From Eledone cirrhosa (taxonomy: Eukaryota): a stretch of DNA of 64,000 bases. Below the pieces are notes generated by a model. That model was given only the letters and a program-made list of their open reading frames with translations, was not told where the DNA came from and made no database searches. Location of the stretch: NCBI GenBank assembly GCA_964016885.1, contig OZ024752.1:2790001-2854000 (forward strand). The letters run 5' to 3'. The position numbers were made by a program, and so were the translations under genes. Numbering within the stretch: the stretch's first letter is position 1; every line of letters begins with the position of its first letter. Of this stretch, positions 28,805 through 42,297 are shown piece by piece.

Positions 28805-29282
28805 GTTATGAATTAAAATAGTCGGGACTGAATGACCGACCTCTTACCGTTTCAACAGCTAGTTCCTGACACAAGACGTCGTTTCCCGCCACTTTAAAAT
28901 ATCGCCGTATTCTACTGCCTCACGTATCGCGTAATCTGTTAAGTAATGGTCTAACTAGTTTTAAATCGGCTCCATCAATCATGGTATTACTGAATGTATA
29001 TGGAAATGCAGAGTCGATATATATATATATGGAGAACCCCAAACGTGGGGGCCGAGGCCGCTCCGGTTTGTGTGAACACACAAGCCGTGTTCGGGATCTT
29101 ACATCTCTCCCTCTCTCTCTCTCAATAATATAAATATATATATATATGTATACAGGTTTGAGGTTCACCACTGGATAGAGCTGGTTGGTCAATCTTAATG
29201 TAATAATATGGAGAGTACCCAACGTAAAGCAGTTCAACCGTCTTTGTTTTTGTAGTTGGTGGTGCTAGTACGGAGTTAAATA

Positions 29283-29560
29283 TTATATTGAAATGACAGG
29301 AGGCTGGACTTGTGTAAAACCTTGAAAGGTTTATTATACTATGATCATTTCAATGACCGGGTTCCGTATGAATCCGGTGAAATCATCAGGTATTCGAAAT
29401 ATAATAAGTGAATGTAATTTATCTATTACATTCACTTATTATATTTCGAATACCTGATGATTTCACCGGATTCATACGGAACCCGGTCATTGAAATGATC
29501 ATAGTATAATAAACCTTTCAAGGATTTACACGAGTCCAGCTTCCTGTCATTTCATTATAA
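29283..29560. repeat. Near-perfect palindrome (about 136-bp arms, 6-nt spacer) with an HHR in each arm
   Basis: Centre is aagtgaatgtaat-ttatct-attacattcactt. The few mismatches are in the outer parts. Followed by (TA)n. Confidence 0.96.
29450..29507 (+). ncRNA. Type I hammerhead ribozyme (mirror copy at 29336-29393, minus strand)
   Basis: auac-CUGAUGA-uuuc accggauuc auacg gaacccggu cauu-GAAA-ugauca-UA/guau. Core intact, palindromic stem III (AUGAUCAU), unpaired base of stem II. Confidence 0.75.
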
Positions 29561-29563
29561 CAT

Positions 29564-29618
<55 letters not shown>

Positions 29619-29703
29619 CTGAACTTATAACGATACGTTCTTGTTACTTTTTTTGGGGGGGGGGGGGGCGGCGGATAGGTCAATACTTATAAAACAACTT
29701 TTG

Positions 29704-29764
29704 TATTTTATCTGATGAGAGCGTACTAAAATGTTGGTACGCTTGAAATATATAAAATAAAATA
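29704..29764 (+). ncRNA. Type I hammerhead, same family as 21282 and 28674, cleavage-site U mutated
   Basis: uauuuuau-CUGAUGA-gagcguacuaa aaug uugguacgcuu-GAAA-uauaua-AA/auaaaaua. 11-bp stem II and 8-bp stem I. Confidence 0.8.
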
Positions 29765-31021
29765 AATATGCTTTTATGAAGACGTGTTTTCGTCACTTAT
29801 ACATTAATGGCAACTCAGTTGTATACATTTTCTTTTTATTACTTTTCACAAACGACTGTGATATATTAGATGCGTACATCTTTGTCCCCCTCTTCTCTCT
29901 GTCTCCATTGATATGCTATTCATTATGAATCAGCTTACTCTTAAATACAATGTGAATACTAATACTCGGCAGTCTTCCGATTCAGGCAGCTTAACGTAGA
30001 TGCTGTCAGATACTATTAACAAATGTTGACGTCTTCACCAACAACAACTATTATTACCTATAATGGTTCGCTCCCCAAAGCAATATCTATAATAAATGTT
30101 AAGATTTATTCAAAATTATGTATTTACTGTTGAATTTCATCCTTATTTATTTCTTGTTCTGAAATTTAAAAATCATTAAATCCGCCGAAACATCACCATT
30201 ATTCAATCATCACTAACATCTCCATCATCATCTCCATCATCATTATGAACAACATGATAATCATCATCAACATCATCATCATCGTCATGATTATCATCAT
30301 CATCATCATCATCACTAGCAGCAGTAGCAGCACCACCACCACCATCATCACCATGGTTATTATCATCATCATAATCATCACCATAATCATCACATCATAA
30401 TTATCATCTCCCCCGTCTTCATCGTTGGCGTCGTCGCCGCCAACATCTTCATAATCCGCATGTACATAATCACCATCAACATGAAATTCTGCACACCGAA
30501 ACTATTATATTATATATCATGTCGCCCAATGACATAAAGTCACTCACAAGTTAATAGTGAATATGTAATGTATCGTAAACCACACATATAATTAACAAGA
30601 GGAGGTGGCTCGACCTGCTAAACGTAGCAACAATATCTATCAAAAATCACACTTCATTGCCATACATATTTGAAGGTATATGACGTCTATGATATTTAAA
30701 GGTGCCGGGGCTGTTAAAACTGAAGTATATGTATCCTCAGTACTGTATTATCGAAAATTAAGACAGAAGCAAATGAAATAATTGCTGAATTGTGTTTCGG
30801 CTGCCCGACGTTAGGTTAATTCGTGAAGCTGATGGGAACAAACTGGCAGGAAGCCCTGTTACTCAGGCTACCCCTCATTTCTCCACAACAGAATGGGACA
30901 GAGCCTACTTTGTTTATGGTAATGTTAATTGCATTAATTCGAAACAGAATTATTTTCAAACCTCATATTTAGAAAACTTTGGTTGTTCAATGACTAGTAT
31001 TTCATGGGATGTGCTGTCGAT

Positions 31022-31228
31022 AGACGATCGACTTTCGTCAAATCTGATCGAGGAAACAATATTTCCACTGGTCTTTCCAATTGCTCTATATCGGTCCCAA
31101 CTCCAGGTAGAAGGAGCAACGTGAAATAAAGTGTCTTGCTCAAGGACAACGCGTCGCCCTGTTTGTGAATCGAATTAACAACCTCACGATTGTGAATCCA
31201 AATATCTAACTATTCAGCCACATGCCTA
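31022..31228 (-). mobile_element. tRNA-derived SINE family B with CORE-like segment
   Basis: Reverse complement matches 51738-51951 and contains gtccttgagcaagacactttatttcacgttgctcc. Confidence 0.8.
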
Positions 31229-32750
31229 TATGAATACGGTAATATGAAGAACTATGAAGGAATGAACAAGACATAATTAATTGGATTCTAGTTGAGATGA
31301 AGAACATCTAACCAGGTTTTAAACAATTCGTTGATGCACATGATAAAATGAAATGTATATCTCGAAGTATTGTATATTTAAATTTACATTATGATTAACA
31401 ACTAAAATAATGTTTGTAAATATAACCTTAAATTAAAATATTTCTCATAGTTAGCTTTGAAGAACCAAGTTATATTTTCAAATATAATGCAAAAGTTCTC
31501 CTTGCAAAAGAATGCACGTTTCAGAAAATAACTTATATATTAAATAAAAACATCCTTCCTGTTGGGCTGAGCACCAACGATAAGAGTAATTTGGCTTTAA
31601 CATTCAAAGAACAACTTGAAGAATCTGAAATGTTTGTGAGTGGTAATATTCCAAGTGTTAGGGATGGTTATAAAAGATCTAAGTTTTTTTGTTTCATGAC
31701 ACATGGCACGTGACAATGAAAAAATACATGACACATTACAGATAGAAAAACGGGAAATTGAATAAATATAATTTATAGAGTTATAGCATAGTCTACTATT
31801 GATTTGTTGGAAAATCGATATTACAGTTATATCAAGAAGATAGTGGTTGATAATATCACATCTCTTAAAATGTCTTTAATTATTGTTTCACTTCCTGTCA
31901 TAACTTATCATAGTCTTGTAGATTGTGATGTAGATAATTATGATGATGGTGATGTGTTCTTTGTAGTGGTAGTGGTAGTGGTCGTCGAGATGATGATGAC
32001 TAGGTTGATGATGGTTCATCAATAGAAAACTTACAGTATGAGCATTAATGATGAAGAGGATAATAGAGATGATGATAATGTCGTTGAAGAATGAGATAAA
32101 ATCAAGATTGTAATAAGTAGTCTAGTGGTGGTAATGATTATAGTATGTCTAATGCTGTTGAGTATGATGACAATGCTCGTGATGATATCGGTTGTGTGGA
32201 CGACGAAATGTGATGATGATGATAATGATCATGAGAATGATGATGACTATAATAGCGATGATGATGATGAAGAAGATGATGATGATGCTGATGATGAGAA
32301 GAAGAATGAGTATGGGTAGGAGAAGGTAAACAAAGGTGAGTGTGATGGGGAAAGTGGCGGTTGGATAACGACGATGATGATACAAGGTATGTGATGATAA
32401 TGATGAGGATGATGATGTTGATGTCGGTGTCTTTACCGGTAGTAGACTGTTTATGGTTGGGGAGATTACTGATGATAAGGATGTGTGAAGGATGATAGTA
32501 ACGTAGATGATGGTGATGGTGGTGGTTGAGGGCTGGTGCTGTGGAAAGAAAAAAAATTGCTGCAGAATGATCGAAGAGATGATAATATTAATAATGACTC
32601 CAATGTTGTTTTGATATCTTATATCTGTGATATGTTTATGTGAATGAAAGAATAAATCAATGGTTATTAGATGTTATTGGGGAAAGATACACTTGTATCA
32701 TTGTTTTTGCTTTTAAAAATAGCGTATGTATGCATGTACATATATGTGTG

Positions 32751-32791
<41 letters not shown>

Positions 32792-32855
32792 TTACACGTA
32801 CACACAAGCACACGCAAAGAAGAAAACGCACAAACTCGTACACACAGACACATAC

Positions 32856-32952
<97 letters not shown>

Positions 32953-33303
32953 AGAGAAAGTATAGAGAGTTAGAGAGAGAGAGAGGGGATATATATATTT
33001 GTGTATATGTATATGCATACACGTACGCACAAGCACACACAGAAGCACACGCACATAGAAAGAGATAGAGAGAGAGGCAGGAGAGATGGAGGACGAGGCA
33101 GAGCGATTGAGGTAGTAAGTGATGAGAGAAACACTGAGAGAAGACAGACTAAACTACTAAACAAAGTAAACAGTTATATAAAGGAAAACATTAGTCATAT
33201 GTAAATAGGTAGAAGATGAACAACAAAGAAGTTTTCTCGATATTCCTGCTTTTTTTGTGAACGAAAGATTTTATATCCATTATTTATTTATTTGTATGGT
33301 ATT

Positions 33304-33483
33304 ATTGGCAGTATCGGTAGAGGGTCGGACGCCATGCTTTCCAGCATAGTTACCTCCCTTTACGATCTGAGTTCAAATCCCACCGAGGTTGACTTTGCCT
33401 TTCATCCTTAAGGGGTCGATAAAATAAAGTACCAGTAATGCACTGGGTAATTCTGGCCTTGTGCCTAAAGTAGAAACAATTAT
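33304..33483 (+). mobile_element. SINE family A, near consensus
   Basis: ttggcagtatcggtagagggtcggacgccatgc..gagttcaaatccc..gtagaaacaattatt, flanked by related tatttatttatttgtat sequence (possible TSD). Confidence 0.92.
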
Positions 33484-34639
33484 TTATTTATTTGTATTGA
33501 ATGTTTACAAAATAAGTATATAAAGGTACATACGATACAGTTATGAAAAACACAATTATTTAACTTTTAACCTCCTTGAAAACTTCCAAGTTATAATGTC
33601 ATACTAGATGAAACTATATATATGTATATAAATAAATAATGCACACTCACACTCACAAACACACACTAACACACACACATACACACACACTTAAACACGC
33701 ACAAACACACATACAGACACACACTATATATATATAAAGAGAGAGAGGGGGGGGTAATTTATTTTAAAAGTACGAAAGCAAAACAATCCTCATAAATTCA
33801 TACGTATTGTTTTATTGAAACGTTTTTTATTCTAAAAACTGTTCATAAGTGCGTATATGATCTTTGTTCTTTCACACAGGGAGCTATTTCAGCGTCGGCT
33901 AGTTTGGAAGTTTTAAAAAGCATAAGATGTAGTTGAAATTATCCGAAACGCTGATAGGATATGTTCCTGGCTGGAGAACAATAAAACAAACCTTATATGA
34001 CTTTAACTATACTTTTTCAAATATCAAAACCAATCATAACTTCCTTTCACACATTGGCGAGAAAAAGGAATTTGCCCTACAGCTCTTACGATGACTTCAA
34101 CTAATGCTTATGTATTTTCTAACTGGTCGTTGTATAATACTACATATTTCCCGGCAATATATAACGAAACAGATCTTACATCCAATGATGAAAATATTTT
34201 AGTCTAAAATATTTACGATAATGAAATGGAATGTTTATGTTTCTACGCATTGTTTGTTCTTGAATGAATTTCAATATATTTTATCAGTGTAAAGTGTTAT
34301 CTTGTCATACACGTTGATATTCTTGATTTTGATCATTCAGTTACTATTCATATTTCTATGAAGCTCAGTTATGTTAACTTACTAGACATTCAATGTTTAA
34401 CAGCATTTTCAAAACCACTTGATTGTTCCATAATTTTATTAGCACAGCTATTATTCCTAGCTTTAATACTAGTCTGGTTATAGAAAGTTGTTAATAGGTT
34501 GTGCTATATGTTATGTATTTGTGAGTATAGTGCAATGTTTGGATAATGTTATTTTGTTCGTTTCATTATACATGGGTTTGATACGACCACATTTTTGTAT
34601 CGCTTAACATTTTGGGTACATGATTTCTTCAACATACGC

Positions 34640-34860
34640 TCTACTGGCAATTGCATTATTGTAATTATGTTCTGATTATCTGAGAGTTTAGATATTATAT
34701 TGGGAATGTTCTTTTCTATAGCATTTATCAATGACATAGGGTCCTTACAGTCGATATTCATAAACGTTAACAGTTTATTAGATCTTCTTTAACGGTAGCA
34801 TAGTCTCTTATAGAGATTTAGAGTTATATCTAATACATTAACTATTTTCTATTTCGTTCC
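34640..34860 (-). pseudogene. Possible decayed Penelope-like RT C-terminal fragment
   Basis: VNVLDITLNL followed by NKLLTFMNIDCKDPMSLINAIEKNIPNIISKLSDN, resembling PLE FLD.TLNL...N..LYIN..SNHP.SII..IP..I..RLS.LSSN. Confidence 0.5.
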
Positions 34861-36030
34861 GTTTTCTTTGAGTCCTGGCGTTTAGATAAGTTCATAATAC
34901 TCTTATTTTTTTTATTTCTATCGTAGGGTTGGTTACTGTGGTTGATTGAGTTGAAAGGTGAATATTCATGATAGGATCCTCAACACATAGAAGGCATATC
35001 ATTATTTAGATACATTAGAATGTGTATTCCAAAGTGATCTATGACCTCGGCCAAGGCATTGAATCCATAGAAATGTCATAATTACTAGGTCTATATTTTC
35101 TAGTTCACAGTTCAGCGTTAAATTTAATTACAGTTTTTCTATCGCCATGAATTATGTTTACGCCACTCTTGTTAACATAGTGTATTCTAATCCATAGTTT
35201 AGTGTAGTAATTAGAAGGATTGAGAAAAAAGATTCAATAAGTTTTGTAAATATCACATTGTATGAAACAATTACTATTCTTATTGTATACGTTATTGAAG
35301 CAACATGAGACGTTAGTTGATTGCATCTCTTGTATCATGTCGAAGGCTATCTATGAGTAATATAAAGTGTGATTGTGTCACACATATCCCAGTAGCGGTA
35401 TAAATATAGCATTATGTATTTATATTAACCATGCATTCACATGGTACTCAAACGGATGATAAATCAGCTGGGTGTGCTTAATTATATATAGTGCAAATAC
35501 CACACCCCCTGGAGAGTTTCGCGTGCAAACAGTGTGAACTTGAGTGACTAGGATCAAGTAGCAGTATTGCCATAGCATGGTTCATAAAAATACAGAAACT
35601 ATATCTGACATTCTCACATGCTAACAGAGTTAATTTTGACATGGCCAAACGTAAAATTATTCATATTAAGAATCATGTTAATTATTCATGAACGTATCAT
35701 TATATGCTTTCGGTTATGACACCAAATACATTAGTGCTGTTGCGAATTAAACCTAGCCGATCATTTTCGCGCGATATTCAAATCGGTATCCCCAGCCGAA
35801 GTTTCATATGCAAAAACAGCATATGAAATGTGAATTATACTTGTCGCGGTACAGAGTGTGAAAATATCAGCAATCGCGGAGGAAATTCCAGAGGAATGTG
35901 TCTGTTATACTCACGAGTCTACTGAAAAGGTGTTACATGATCACAGTTCTATAAAGTTACGCCGAAACCTTGTATATTTACTGTGCATATATCTTGTATG
36001 ACTTCACATACATCATACATACATGCATAC

Positions 36031-36113
<83 letters not shown>

Positions 36114-36117
36114 GAAT

Positions 36118-36460
36118 GTACTTATATTCAAGTATCAGCAGTACTAACAGTGAGAAATGAAATATCATTGTTTTCATTTATCGTGTTCGGTATGCCCGGC
36201 CGACTAACTAACTCGATATGCAAATTAGGGTGCTCAACCGTTAATATGCATAAGGAAAGTAAATACTTTCAAACGTTCAATCGATTGACAGGAAGGTATA
36301 CGATGCTGATGACAGCTAACAAGCTAGAAACTAGTTCATCGTTCCTTTGTCAGTGTTGAACAAAAAGGTAGCGATGGTTGCCCAACACTATACGGCTTAA
36401 TTCCGGCTGTTTGTTTACAAACAAACGGAACATTATAATAAATGTTCGGTAAACCATACG

Positions 36461-36495
<35 letters not shown>

Positions 36496-36562
36496 ATGTA
36501 TGTATGCATATACATACTTCTGTACGTCTGTATACATATATGCATGTACGTATACCATACTT
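36118..36562 (+). mobile_element. About 440-bp non-coding HHR-bearing unit (retrozyme- or pLTR-like) inside (TA)n
   Basis: Begins and ends at the same tacttata motif, has one central HHR, and has a permuted relative at 18320-18602. Confidence 0.75.
36300..36342 (+). ncRNA. Minimal type I hammerhead ribozyme
   Basis: acgaug-CUGAUGA-cagcu aaca agcua-GAAA-cuag-UU/caucgu. Perfect 6-bp stem I, core intact, palindromic stem III ACUAGU. Confidence 0.9.
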
Positions 36563-36735
36563 ATATATATATATATATATATAAATATATAACGAAGGAA
36601 ATGTGGTAAGGAACCAGGTGGATCATAACGCACCAACGTACTCAATACTTAGGGTAGTAGAGTGGGTAATAGGAACGAGTAGGACCCCGACGGCTGAGCT
36701 CAAGCCGTTTCGACGGCTAATTCTGGACTAAAAAA

Positions 36736-36883
<148 letters not shown>

Positions 36884-37061
36884 TGTATGTATGTGTACAC
36901 ACACACACATACCCACATATATATATATACACAAACAAACATACATGAGTGTACCTCTTTCTTCCTCCTATTTCAAGCTTTAACTAATATATTTCTTCCA
37001 TGTACTGTGTCGTTTGATTTGTTGTTAGTGTTTAACTTTTACATACAAACATACACACACG

Positions 37062-37166
<105 letters not shown>

Positions 37167-37750
37167 CTGTTAAACTAACTGAATTATATTAGTGCTTAAT
37201 ATTCGCATCTAAGTAGGATACCGTATCAAAAGATTACTATCCTCTACCGTTCTAATTGTAGAATACGTCTGCCAAAAACCTCCAAGACGTATAAAGTTGT
37301 AAACCAAATCTAAAAATTACAATTTCTTTCAAATGCCCCGTACAGTGGGATAAATAATGAAACCATACATTATCTCGATCTTTTGCGTCTTAATGTGGAG
37401 ATATGCATTGGTTTTGTGTATAAAAATATCTAATATGAAGTTCAACATAAACATGCAATTCCGCAAGGAAACTTTCGTTTGTAAAGAAAAAAAATGTAAT
37501 AATAAGAAAAAAAATGTAATATCACGATAATGATAGACGTAACCAAGCTTTTACATTTCCTTTTCTTTATTTGAACTAATTTTGTTCGGAAAATGTGAGA
37601 GCTCACTTAGTATATAAAATCACGAGTCAATTTAACATATATTTGCCAACATAACTAATCATATATGTACCAAGCAATATCATCTTTTTGCCTTTGTCTT
37701 AAGCATTCATATATGTATTTATATAATATCGGTAAAATGTTATTATCACG

Positions 37751-37818
<68 letters not shown>

Positions 37819-38081
37819 TTGTGTGTGTGTGTTTGTGTGTCTGATGGTAGCTAAGGTGCTTCCATAGGCGGTATGCCGGTTGAGCACTCTATTCTCTTAC
37901 AGAGCAGAGTATGATATAATATAAAACGAAAAATCAGTAATGCATCTGAACTCAATGTATTGTGTGTTACAATTGTTTCGCGGGCGGACAGCTCGAGACA
38001 CGATCATTGTGTGGATCTGCAGGTTCGACGGACATGTCTTATGATTTCGGAGCGAATTCGCTCACTGATATTTCGTTTTAT

Positions 38082-38121
<40 letters not shown>

Positions 38122-38129
38122 ATAAAACG

Positions 38130-38175
<46 letters not shown>

Positions 38176-38320
38176 TTTTTTTAAAACAATAGCGTAAAGT
38201 TTTCAAAATGATTCTAATTAAGCATACAGTGTATTGCATAATAGACTATATATACATTCATATATATATCGCTTTTTCAGACCACCAATTCTAATTTTAT
38301 ATATATATATATATATATAC

Positions 38321-38817
38321 ATATAGAAATCACATGAATCAAAGTTCTGTTCAAACCACGTATTAGCTTACAATTGTTTCGTCCAAACCGAGGTTGGATT
38401 CTTCAGACCAATTTTTCAACGATTGTTTACATACATGACCTCCTTTCCAACACAAGAGACATACAGAAACATATGTATATATCGATGCACAGTGGGGTAA
38501 CATCCATTATAATATTTTTGCATGGCAATTTAAATTCAAAAATTAAAATCAAAATCATATTAAAACAATTGTTTTAATATGATTTTGATTTTAATTTTTG
38601 AATTTAAATTGCCATGCAAAAATATTATAATGGCGTTACCCCACTGTGCATCGATATATACATATGTTTCTGTATGTCTCTTGTGTTGGAAAGGAGGTCA
38701 TGTATGTAAACAATCATCGAAAAATTGCTCCGAAGACCCCCAAACCTCGGTTTGCACGAAACGATTGTAAGCTAATGAATGGCTTGAACAGAACTTTGAT
38801 TCATATGATTTCTATAT
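38321..38817. repeat. About 497-bp spacer-less palindrome with an HHR in each arm
   Basis: Centre is atattaaaacaa|ttgttttaatat at 38568/38569. Arms are near-identical centrally and more diverged towards the ends. (TA)n lies on the left. Confidence 0.96.
38362..38413 (-). ncRNA. Type I hammerhead ribozyme (decayed mirror copy at 38723-38776, plus strand)
   Basis: Minus strand: aauuggu-CUGAAGA-auccaacc uc gguuuggac-GAAA-caauug-UA/agcuaau. The right-arm copy has CCGAAGA. Confidence 0.75.
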
Positions 38818-39219
38818 AACTGCTCTGTAGAACAACTGATGTTATTACATTGAGCTATTTATCTTACTGGTAATGAGGTAGTAATAAATTACTGTATTTC
38901 ACCGTTTAGGGTTTAAAATATATATAACTATAAACAGTTTTAGTATATACATAACCATAAATAGTATCCTTAATACTATATATATATATATAAATATATA
39001 TATATATTCACCGAGAATCGCATTTCGGCGGGTAGAAAGAGCGAAAAGTTACGCAAATTCGTAGTAATGCTGAATATATAACGCAAATTAAGAGTCATGC
39101 TATATATATATATAGTTTTTTGTCGGGAGCGTCAATTTGTTATACTATTGCCAGAGACATATAATACCAGACACTCATTGTTTGATTTGGTTTTACACAT
39201 ACTACAACGGGATATAATA

Positions 39220-39265
39220 GTAGCACTAATGATGTCACAGGTGTGTGATGATATAACTTTGAGAG
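39220..39265 (+). ncRNA. Decayed hammerhead homologous to 16370-16419
   Basis: ataatagtagca-ctaatga-t-gtcaca ggtg tgtgat-gata-taactttg aligns with ataatagtacca-ctgatga-t-gttgca gttg tgcaac-gaaa-gaactttg. Confidence 0.5.
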
Positions 39266-42220
39266 ATTATATATATATATATATAAATATTTAACAGTTT
39301 GTCAATCAATGTTATACATTCATTGCCATGCTATTTTACTAGAGGAAGCGAAAACTAATCAAAACCGTGTACTGAGCTTTTTTTATCATATATTTCTAGC
39401 AGAATTATAACCATATCACCTTCTTCAAATATAATATGTTTCAACACAGGATTTCATATGAAAAACCTTGCAATATATTTATACATATATATTTGTATAG
39501 ATATGTTTCTTTAATATCTCCAGGAAATACTGATTCCAATTGACGGGTAGAATTCTGAAGTTAATAGATGGAATTAGGTGCTGTATTATAAGCAGTAACA
39601 TTTAGGTGTAATGTAGAGCAATGTAGGACTCATTGAGAGAATAAAATCTAGAAACATATTTTAATAAGTGTGGCTCTATTATGATTAATACGTGTACTTA
39701 TAGAATGAATATTTGAAATGACACGGTCCTTCTGAGATGTATAATAACAGAAATATTGAAAATAATGAGTAAATGATAAGTTTAGCTACATATTTTACAG
39801 ATAACGTTTAAGAAATAGCAGCAACTGTAAGGTGAAAAATATGTAGGACGTACGGATATCGTTTGCATAAATAAGTATGTCTTTCTTTTATTAGCTTCAT
39901 TGGAGAAGCACTTCACATACCATATGTTGCAATGCATAAAGCGTAGCTCACGTACCTCACAGGTCCTCTCCTGCCATTGACTGTTTCCAGACGTGACATA
40001 TACCTCAGAGCACTTCCCACACAATATCTCACCAGAACCTATCAACACCTATCCGAGCTCACTCTGCAATCACCGTATTTTGATACCACAGTCAAAGGGG
40101 AAGATATCTGCCATGTTCGTCGTTCTTCCGGGTATGTGGCGTCATTTATTTCTATATAAGTCCCTCCCGTGATCTCAAGTATCACCCCATCACCTCCTGC
40201 CAAGTCAACATCTACCTTCCAACCGACCGAAAGTCGCTCCCACTGTCACTGCTTCAAAGCTGGTGTGCTGCTCGCATCATATCATTCTTCGACGACGTCA
40301 TACAAATCGACGATCCTACAGACATCGAAGATATGATGCGGCATTTCCTCAATGGACAAGTGTTTCCTGACTTTACAGCTGCTACTATTCATTTCCACGG
40401 AAGTGACGTGTGTCGTGTATTTGAAGGCTTGATCCAGATTCACACAGGTCGGAATTGTTTGAGGTTTAACAGGTATTTCTAGCAAGCTGTATTGATACTT
40501 AAGCGCACTTTCATTGGTTATGTATGTTTTGCGACTAAAACAGATGAGAATGGAATTATGGTTTTGTAGAATACCTCTATATACGAGAGAATCTTAATAG
40601 AAGGGCAGCCAAGTAGAACTTAGCAGGCGAGAGGAAATATGTGGAGGAGTGTATATTGCACACTCAGAAGTGATTTGTTGTGAGAGAGACGGAGGAATTA
40701 AAAAAATATTCTATTTTGTAGGTATGTACCTTCATGTTTTTTCCTATTGCCGTTAACTATATGTGGTTTATTTCATCCGTACCCCGACTAATATTATAAG
40801 GCCCGAAAAAGGGACAGGGATGTTGCTATTTTTCTACACACAAATCTATAAAATGTAATTGCTATGTAACATGTACAGTAGGGATTAAAATAGTGCGGTA
40901 AAATATTAATACATGGACTGCAATTGATATTATATACGATGATGAGTAAAACTTGGAGCAATAGATAAACTGTACAAACGAAAGATAAATAAGAAGGAAG
41001 ATAAGGGAAAGAATTGAAGAATGAGGGAAAAACGAATATAATTATGATGAAAGAGATTTACTGAAATACGTGGTGTAGAAATGAGATATGAAGAAATATA
41101 AAAATAAAGGCAAGAAGAGTTATGAGAGATATATGTTGAGAAAGAAGAAATGTGTGGAAAATAAATGTGCTGCTTTTGGAAACGGGTATATTTCAATTAA
41201 AATTGAGAAAAATAAGATGAATATGCGTTTCTACATAGGAGAGTGTGTGTCTGTTTGTATAAGAGAGGGAAGAACATAGATAATTAGTGTGTATATTTTA
41301 CGTAAAAGTAGAAGGTGAATTCCTTAAAAAATATGAGATATATGAAGAATAAATTGATGAAGGACAAGAGGACATCAGATCTAAATTGAGCTGAAGCGAA
41401 ACAGTTCATGAAGAATGCGGAATATGGTGTGAGGGAAATGTATATGTGAGGGGATGGATGACCGAGAGATAATAGCTGGCAGCTTGTGTCCAAATTCCAG
41501 AATAAGGAAAACTGAAAGAACTGAAGAATGTTAGAATCAAATAGAATGAATGAAGCATGCTCCTTGAAAACAATAATAATGCCTGGCAGATTTGTGTAAG
41601 GAACACTGCTGATTCTTAGTGTAAAGATTAGTAAATATGATGGGAGGAGATAAATTCACCCAATTCAACCAGAAAGCCATTTCCTAACTGTAATCCTCAC
41701 CCCAGTTTCCATCTGCTCCTGTCGTTTCCAAAAATAACATCCTTATCACAAAATAGCAAACAGGAAGAATAAGCACAATACCCTTCTAAACTATGCATTA
41801 GAATAGTCTGGCATTCCTCAGATATATTCCTTAAACTTCCGTCACTATTTCTACAATGAATTGAAAGTTCTAGGCCAAATATGCAATTCCAATCCTTACA
41901 AATAATACAGCAAGTTAATTTGTTTTATTTAGGGTTCAGGTCGGATAAATGTAATGTTAAAGGCATAAGCGTTTATGGCACAACCGTAAACGATATTAAA
42001 GGTAGACAATGGATGGTATGCGTTTGTATCCGTGAGTTTTCTTTATATTATTCTTGCTTATATTTGCATATTCTGTACCTTCATGTATAAATAAATGAGA
42101 CACATGTGTAATAATTTATAAATGCACAATATTGTTATTGATGTTGCTTTCAAGAAAGGTGGTTTTTAATCGAGAAGATATATGATCAGATGTAACGAAG
42201 ATATCATAATTCATTATTCC

Positions 42221-42297
42221 ATAGGGGTCGATAAAATAAAGTACCAGTAATACACTGGGATAATTGCTGGCCTTGTGCCAAAAGTAGAAATAATTAT
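42221..42297 (+). mobile_element. SINE family A, 3' fragment
   Basis: ggggtcgataaaataaagtaccagtaatacactgg..gtagaaataattatt. Confidence 0.85.
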
